Source: Candidatus Saccharimonadota bacterium
Lineage (GTDB): Bacteria; Pseudomonadota; Gammaproteobacteria; Enterobacterales; Enterobacteriaceae
Direction: 5' to 3'
NCBI RefSeq assembly: GCF_004296535.1
Contig: NZ_AP018159.1
Coordinates: 30,001 to 62,000 of the forward strand
DNA: 32,000 nucleotides
The notes below the pieces were generated by a model. That model searched no databases. It saw nothing but the letters and a program-made list of their open reading frames with translations, and had not been told where the DNA came from. Both the position numbers and the translations under genes were made by a program. This document shows positions 26,956 to 32,000 of this stretch, one piece after another. Numbering within the stretch: position 1 is the stretch's first letter; every line of letters starts with the position of its first letter.

Positions 26956-27681
26956 ATGAAAGTAAATTATAAAAAATTTTTTATATTTATATTCCTTATT
27001 TTAATTATAAAAAAATCATTATTTATAATTCCAGAAGAAAATATAGGAATATGTTCTAGATTAGGAAAAATATTAAAAAATAATAAAAACGAATATATAA
27101 TATTTAATCCTGGATTAAATATTAAAATCCCTTATATAGATAAAATAGAAATTATAAATAAAAATTTACAAATTATACATGATAAAGTTAAATGTGAAAC
27201 TATAGATAAAAAAAATATAATTGTTAATTATTATATAAAATATAAAATATTTAACATTAATTCATATTATAAAAATACTGAAAATAATTATTATGTTATA
27301 GAAAATGTGTTAAAAAATAAAACAAATATTTTTTTAAAAGATAAAATAAGTAGTCTTTATACAAAAAATATATTGAATAATTTAAACCTAATTTTAAAAA
27401 AAAAAAATATTTTTTATGATAAAAATATAAATAAAATTTTATTATTTGGAATAGATGGAATAGATATTAAAATATATAAAATAATATTAGATGATGATTT
27501 TTATAAATATATATGTGATAAAATGAAACTAGAACAAAAAAAAATATTTAATAAAAATATATTAAAAATTAAATTAAAACATATAAAAAATAAAATAAAT
27601 ATATATTATAAATATAAAAATAAAATGCTAAAATTAAATAAATTATATAATTTACAAAAAAAATATTATAAATATCAATAA
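26956..27681 (+). CDS. hflC: FtsH modulator HflC (SPFH/band-7), shortened
   Basis: 241-aa ORF with an N-terminal TM segment, then SLFIIPEENIGICSRLGKILKNN...IFNPGLNIKIPYIDKI (E. coli SVFVVKEGERGITLRFGKVLRDD...VYEPGLHFKIPFIETV). Confidence 0.8.
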   Translation: MKVNYKKFFIFIFLILIIKKSLFIIPEENIGICSRLGKILKNNKNEYIIFNPGLNIKIPYIDKIEIINKNLQIIHDKVKCETIDKKNIIVNYYIKYKIFNINSYYKNTENNYYVIENVLKNKTNIFLKDKISSLYTKNILNNLNLILKKKNIFYDKNINKILLFGIDGIDIKIYKIILDDDFYKYICDKMKLEQKKIFNKNILKIKLKHIKNKINIYYKYKNKMLKLNKLYNLQKKYYKYQ

Positions 27682-27791
27682 AAAAATATTAATAAAAAAT
27701 AGTATATATATAAAAATTGTAATAAAAAATTTAAAATTATTAAAAAAAATAAAAAATAATTAAAAAAAATATTAATCAAAAAAAAAGTATT

Positions 27792-28568
27792 ATGAATAAT
27801 ATTGTTTATGGATTTCATAATATAAATTATTTTTTAAATGTAAAAAAAGAATTAATAGATATTTTTTTTTTATATAAAAATATAAATATAAAAGAAAATT
27901 TAAAATTAAAAGTTATATTGAATAAAATTAATTATTTAAATATTCCAATAAAATTTGTTAACAAAAAATATATTACAAATTTAATAGGGGAAAAATTAAA
28001 AAAAAATAATCAAAATTTTTGTATTAAAATAAAAAATAATATATCTTATTCTTTTGATAAAATAAAATTATTAAATTTTATTAATAATAATAATAATAAA
28101 AAGTTATTTATAATATTAGAAAATATAAAAGATTCTAGAAATTTAGGATCATGTATAAGAAATGCTGATGCTGCGGGTATAAATATTGTTTTAATAACTA
28201 AAAAAAATTCGTCATCTTTGAATAATTATGGAACTAATATATCCTCTAGTGGAGCTATTAATAATTTAAATATAATGAAATTTAATGATATTAAATATAT
28301 ATTAAATATATTTAAAAAAAATAAAATTAAAATTGTATCTACATCTGATAAAAGCAATAATATTATTTATAATAATAATTTAAAATTACCAATAGTTTAT
28401 ATTTTTGGATCTGAAGATAAAGGTATAACAGAAATATCTAAAAAATATTCTGATTTAATAGTAAAAATACCAACATATGGGTATATTAATTCAATAAATG
28501 TTTCAGTAGCAGTTGGGATATGTTTATTTGAATCAATTAGACAAACTTTTTTTATAAATAAATTTTAA
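27792..28568 (+). CDS. rlmB: 23S rRNA (Gm2251) 2'-O-methyltransferase RlmB (SpoU/TrmH family)
   Basis: 258-aa ORF with IYGFHNINYFL at the N-terminus and SpoU motifs LENIKDSRNLGSCIRNADAAGIN, IFGSEDKGI and SINVSVAVGICLFE. Collinear with E. coli RlmB. Confidence 0.88.
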   Translation: MNNIVYGFHNINYFLNVKKELIDIFFLYKNINIKENLKLKVILNKINYLNIPIKFVNKKYITNLIGEKLKKNNQNFCIKIKNNISYSFDKIKLLNFINNNNNKKLFIILENIKDSRNLGSCIRNADAAGINIVLITKKNSSSLNNYGTNISSSGAINNLNIMKFNDIKYILNIFKKNKIKIVSTSDKSNNIIYNNNLKLPIVYIFGSEDKGITEISKKYSDLIVKIPTYGYINSINVSVAVGICLFESIRQTFFINKF

Positions 28569-28593
28569 AATAATACAAATTTTTTTATTAATT

Positions 28594-28914
28594 ATGAGAT
28601 ATTATGAAATAATGATTTTAATAAATCCAATTTTTCAAAATAAAATTGATGAAATAATTATTAATTATTCTGAAATAATAAATAATAATTTAGGTAAAAT
28701 ATATAAATTTGAAAAAATAGGAATAAGAGATTTATGTTATCCTATAAAAAAAAATAATAAAGCTTATTTTTTATTAACAAATATACAATGTAATGTTAAT
28801 ATAATAAAAGTTATAGAAAATTTAATAAAAACAAATGAAATTATTATAAGATATTTAATATTAAAAATAAAAAATCCAACAAATAAATTTTCTAAATTAT
28901 ATAAATATGAATAA
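28594..28914 (+). CDS. rpsF: 30S ribosomal protein S6
   Basis: 106-aa ORF MRYYEIMILINP....GIRDLCYPIKKNNKAYFLLTNI (E. coli MRHYEIVFMVHP...[22 protein letters not shown]). It lacks the acidic C-terminal tail. Confidence 0.9.
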   Translation: MRYYEIMILINPIFQNKIDEIIINYSEIINNNLGKIYKFEKIGIRDLCYPIKKNNKAYFLLTNIQCNVNIIKVIENLIKTNEIIIRYLILKIKNPTNKFSKLYKYE

Positions 28915-29143
28915 CAAAAATAATATAAGAAAAAAAATATATAGAAAAAAAAATATAATTATCGATTATAAAGATATTAATTTATTAAATAAATATGTTT
29001 CTGAATGTTATAAAATTTTACCTAGTAAAACAACTGGAACAAAACTTAAATATCAACATAAAATATCAAAATCAATTAAAATAGCTAGATTTTTATCTTT
29101 AATACCTTATACAGATAAACAAACAATAAAAATTAAAAAATAA
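28907..29143 (+). CDS. rpsR: 30S ribosomal protein S18
   Basis: 78-aa ORF with IDYKDINLLNKYVSECYKILPSKTTGTKLKYQHKISKSIKIARFLSLIPYTD, the typical S18 core. It overlaps the rpsF 3' end by 8 nt. Confidence 0.92.
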   Translation: MNNKNNIRKKIYRKKNIIIDYKDINLLNKYVSECYKILPSKTTGTKLKYQHKISKSIKIARFLSLIPYTDKQTIKIKK

Positions 29144-29179
29144 AATATAAAAAATATTTTAAAAAAAAATAAGAAAAAT

Positions 29180-29641
29180 ATGATTAATTTAATATTAGTA
29201 AAAAATTTTAATAATTTAGGTAAAAAAGGAGATTTTATAAAAGTTAAAAATGGATATGCTTTTAATTATTTAATTCCATATAAAATATGTATATTAAAAG
29301 ATGATAAAAATATTAATAAAATATTTTTAGAAGAAGATAAAAAAAAAGAAATTAATAATAAAAATTTAATATCATTAAATAATCTTATTAATAAAATAAA
29401 ATTATTAAAATATTCAATAAATATTAATGTTAAATCAAATAAAAATGGAAAATTGTTTGGATCAATAAATAAAAAAAATATATTTATATTATTAAATAAT
29501 ATAGAAAATGTAAATTTTTTAAAAGAAAAAAATATAATTATATATAATAATAAAATACAAAAAATAGGAAATTATAAAATTTTTATAAAAAAATTTAATA
29601 TTAAATTTTCATTTAATTTAAATATTTTAAATAAAAATTAA
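29180..29641 (+). CDS. rplI: 50S ribosomal protein L9
   Basis: 153-aa ORF. MINLILVKNFNNLGKKGDFIKVKNGYAFNYLIP matches E. coli [32 protein letters not shown], and GKLFGSI is conserved. It follows rpsR. Confidence 0.9.
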   Translation: MINLILVKNFNNLGKKGDFIKVKNGYAFNYLIPYKICILKDDKNINKIFLEEDKKKEINNKNLISLNNLINKIKLLKYSININVKSNKNGKLFGSINKKNIFILLNNIENVNFLKEKNIIIYNNKIQKIGNYKIFIKKFNIKFSFNLNILNKN

Positions 29642-29648
29642 AAAAAAA

Positions 29649-30398
29649 TTATTTTTTTTCTTTTTTATTATTATTATTATTATTATTTTTAATTATTTTT
29701 AACGGAATTAAAAATAAATTTATAAAGTCTAAATATAATATTAAAGCTCCTAATATGGAATATTTATTTATAAGTAAATAATCTTCATTATATATTAATT
29801 TTGAGCCTAAATTTTTTATTTTTTTAGTATCTATAATTATTAATCCTATAAATATAAAAATACTTATATAAGATATAATCCATTCAAATAAATAATTACT
29901 AAAATATATATTTATAATAGATGATATAAATATTCCTAATAAAAACATTAAAAGTATATTATTCAATTTTATTAAATTACTTTTAGAAAAATAACCATAT
30001 ATACTCATTAATATAAATGTTATTAAAATAGATAAAAAAGAATAACTTATTTCATAAGAAGTATAAATTAAAAATACAGTTGATAAATTTATTCCAGTTA
30101 ATATAGAATACATAATAAATAATGTTATTATATTATTTTCACTTAATTCTTTTGTATAATTAGATAATACAAACATTATATATAATTGAATAAATGATAA
30201 TATTATAAAAAATAATATATTATCATGTAAAAAATATAATAAATATGAAGATTTTGAAACATAAAAAGATACTAATGATGTTATAAACAATCCAAAAGAC
30301 ATCCAACAATAAACTTTTAATATAAATTTATGAATTAATTCAGAACAATATACATCATAACTATTAGAATTAGAATCTTTATAAATATCATTAAACAT
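29649..30398 (-). CDS. ybhL: BAX inhibitor-1/YccA-YbhL family inner-membrane protein
   Basis: 249-aa polytopic membrane ORF. KFILKVYCWMSFGLFITS (YbhL: YMAQVYGWMTVGLLLTA), LFIMYSILTGINLSTVF, DTKKIKNLG, and the C-terminus KYSILGALILYLDFINLFLIPLKII (YbhL: KYSILGALTLYLDFINLFLMLLRIF). The symbol is based on remembered similarity, not a search. Confidence 0.8.
   Translation of the reverse strand: MFNDIYKDSNSNSYDVYCSELIHKFILKVYCWMSFGLFITSLVSFYVSKSSYLLYFLHDNILFFIILSFIQLYIMFVLSNYTKELSENNIITLFIMYSILTGINLSTVFLIYTSYEISYSFLSILITFILMSIYGYFSKSNLIKLNNILLMFLLGIFISSIINIYFSNYLFEWIISYISIFIFIGLIIIDTKKIKNLGSKLIYNEDYLLINKYSILGALILYLDFINLFLIPLKIIKNNNNNNNKKEKK
29665..29685. repeat. Perfect trinucleotide microsatellite (TTA)7 on the plus strand, equal to (AAT)7 encoding Asn7 at the C-terminus of the BI-1 family protein
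   Basis: Seven uninterrupted TTA units are read directly at 29665-29685. In frame on the minus strand they give the NNNNNNN tract in the ORF translation. Confidence 0.9.
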
Positions 30399-30491
30399 TT
30401 ATTTTTTTAAATTTAAATTTAATAAAAAAAATTATTACATATAAAATTATATTATATATTAATTATATATTATTTTAAAAATAAAATAATA

Positions 30492-31574
30492 TTAAAAATT
30501 TATTTCAAAATCTTCAATAGATGAATTTATAGATAATATAATTCCAATTTTAATAAAATTAGATAAAAGAGAAGATCCTCCATAACTTATTAAAGGTAAT
30601 GGAATTCCAACTACTGGCAATATACCTATAGTCATACTTATATTTATAATAATATTTAAAAAAAATGTAAATATAAATGATGATATTAATATTTTAGAAA
30701 AAATGTCATTAGTTTTATAAGATATACATATCATTCTATATATAATTATTAAATATAATGTAATTAATAACATTATTCCTAATAATCCAAATTCTTCTCC
30801 TATTACAGAAAATATAAAATCAGTATTATTTTCTGGAACAAATTTAAATTTATTTTGTGTGCCTTTAAATAAACCTTTTCCAAAAAATCCTCCTGAACCT
30901 ATAGCTATTTTAGATTGCATTATATGATATCCTGTACTATAATTATCTATATTTTTAAATAAAGATATTATTCTATTTTTTTGATAATTTTTCATAAATA
31001 ATTTCCAACTTAAAATAGATAATATTGTAAAAAATAATAATATTTTTTTTATAAATTCAAAATTTATGCCAGATATAAATAAAATAAATAAACCAGATAT
31101 TAATAAAATAATAGAAGTTCCTAAATCTGGTTGTATAAATATAAAAAATACAGGTAATAATAATATAAAAAGATAATAAAATAATGATATATTTGAATTA
31201 GGGCATCCAAATTTTTTAATAAAATAACTACAAATTAAATTATTAGATATTTTAATAAATTCTGATGGTTGAAATATAAAATATCCTATTTTTATCCATC
31301 TTTTTGCACCTTTAATATTTTTTCCATATATATGAACAATAACTAAAAATAATATAGAAATTAAATATATTAATATAGAATAATTTTCTAATTTTCTTTT
31401 ATCAATTTTAGATATAAGAATCATTACCAAATTGCTTATAATTATATTAAAAATAAGTTTTTTTAATATATTTATATCTTTATTACTAGAACTAAATAAA
31501 ATTATCATACTAAACATTAATATAAAATATATTAATAATATTAATATATAATCAATAGTTATTTTTTTATTCAT
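30492..31574 (-). CDS. mrdB: Peptidoglycan glycosyltransferase RodA (SEDS family)
   Basis: 360-aa polytopic ORF with SEDS motifs: RWIKIGYFIFQPSEFIKI, QPDLGTSIILL, TDFIFSVIGEEFGLLG, GILPVVGIPLPLISYGGSS. It lies 2 nt downstream of the mrdA stop. Confidence 0.93.
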   Translation of the reverse strand: MNKKITIDYILILLIYFILMFSMIILFSSSNKDINILKKLIFNIIISNLVMILISKIDKRKLENYSILIYLISILFLVIVHIYGKNIKGAKRWIKIGYFIFQPSEFIKISNNLICSYFIKKFGCPNSNISLFYYLFILLLPVFFIFIQPDLGTSIILLISGLFILFISGINFEFIKKILLFFTILSILSWKLFMKNYQKNRIISLFKNIDNYSTGYHIMQSKIAIGSGGFFGKGLFKGTQNKFKFVPENNTDFIFSVIGEEFGLLGIMLLITLYLIIIYRMICISYKTNDIFSKILISSFIFTFFLNIIINISMTIGILPVVGIPLPLISYGGSSLLSNFIKIGIILSINSSIEDFEINF

Positions 31575-31576
31575 GT

Positions 31577-32000
31577 TTATTTATCTGTCTTTAAAATTAA
31601 ATAATCAAATATTTTTCTAGTTATATATCCTATATTATAATTTTCTAATCCTCCATTTTCTAAAATTATTGTTAATATAAATTTAGGATTGTCAAATGGA
31701 GCAAAAGCAACTATCATTTTATGATCTCTTAAATCAATAGGCAATTTTTTTTCATCATAAATTTTATTATTTTGTAATGAAAATAATTGAGCCGTCCCTG
31801 TCTTTGATCCAATTTTATATTTAGAATTTAAAAAAGAATTTTTAAGAGTTCCATTTTTCCCATGAGCAACATTATACATACTATTTTTTACTAAATTAAA
31901 ATATTTTATATTTATTTTATATTTAATGTATTTATTTTTAATATTATTATTTATATTAATAATATTATCAATATTATAATCATATATATAATCTAAAATA
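31577..32000 (-). CDS. mrdA: Penicillin-binding protein 2 (elongasome transpeptidase), C-terminal part; 5' end beyond the window
   Basis: The track ORF (31577-31879) contains the KTG box (IGSKTGTAQ) and LRDHKMIVAFAPFDNPKFILTIILENGG (E. coli LRDHKLMTAFAPYNNPQVAVAMILENGG). Manual reading shows the same frame stays open upstream to position 32000, so the true CDS continues off-window. Confidence 0.9.
   Translation of the reverse strand, partial: ILDYIYDYNIDNIININNNIKNKYIKYKINIKYFNLVKNSMYNVAHGKNGTLKNSFLNSKYKIGSKTGTAQLFSLQNNKIYDEKKLPIDLRDHKMIVAFAPFDNPKFILTIILENGGLENYNIGYITRKIFDYLILKTDK

Overview
This window is a gene-dense, extremely A+T-rich stretch of a highly reduced gammaproteobacterial genome. 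By eye the intergenic spacers are almost free of G/C, and proteins are dominated by I/K/N/F/Y. Gene order matches Enterobacterales synteny blocks: deaD-pnp-rpsO-rbfA-infB-nusA-metY-leuU-secG-ftsH-rlmE-greA-obgE-rpmA-rplU, orn-miaA-hflKC, rlmB-rpsF-rpsR-rplI, tilS-proS and mrdA-rodA. This is the signature of an obligate insect-type endosymbiont (Buchnera/Wigglesworthia/Blochmannia-like); I cannot name the organism from sequence alone. I can support 38 protein-coding genes and 6 tRNA genes. Two CDS are truncated by the window edges (rho, mrdA), and three were recovered or extended by hand because they are missing from or truncated in the ORF track (rho, rpmG, upstream part of mrdA). The tRNAs are Trp-CCA, Ala-UGC, Ile-GAU, Phe-GAA, initiator Met-CAU and Leu-AAG. 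The genetic code looks standard (table 11): tRNA-Trp has a CCA anticodon and rpmA ends at TGA. I see no rRNA, CRISPR array, mobile element, prophage, toxin-antitoxin or defence-like locus, and no block of unassignable ORFs. I therefore find no convincing evidence for a novel multi-gene system; this is core housekeeping DNA. The most unusual items are listed here and detailed in the findings. (1) The leuU-orthologous tRNA-Leu has an A34 anticodon (AAG). (2) The secG stop codon overlaps nucleotide +1 of that tRNA. (3) An rRNA-spacer-type tRNA-Ile/tRNA-Ala pair plus tRNA-Trp sits between groEL and rho with no rRNA nearby. (4) An intact MarR-family regulator survives in an otherwise regulator-free context. 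(5) Several proteins are severely minimised or altered: IF2 from the G domain onward, PolA as 5' nuclease only, short NusA/HflK/HflC/SecG, and a DEFD variant of the DEAD box. (6) Genes are packed without terminators, including a 23-nt convergent overlap. (7) Many 10-12 nt poly(A) runs sit inside essential genes. All coordinates and motifs were read by hand; nothing was searched against a database.
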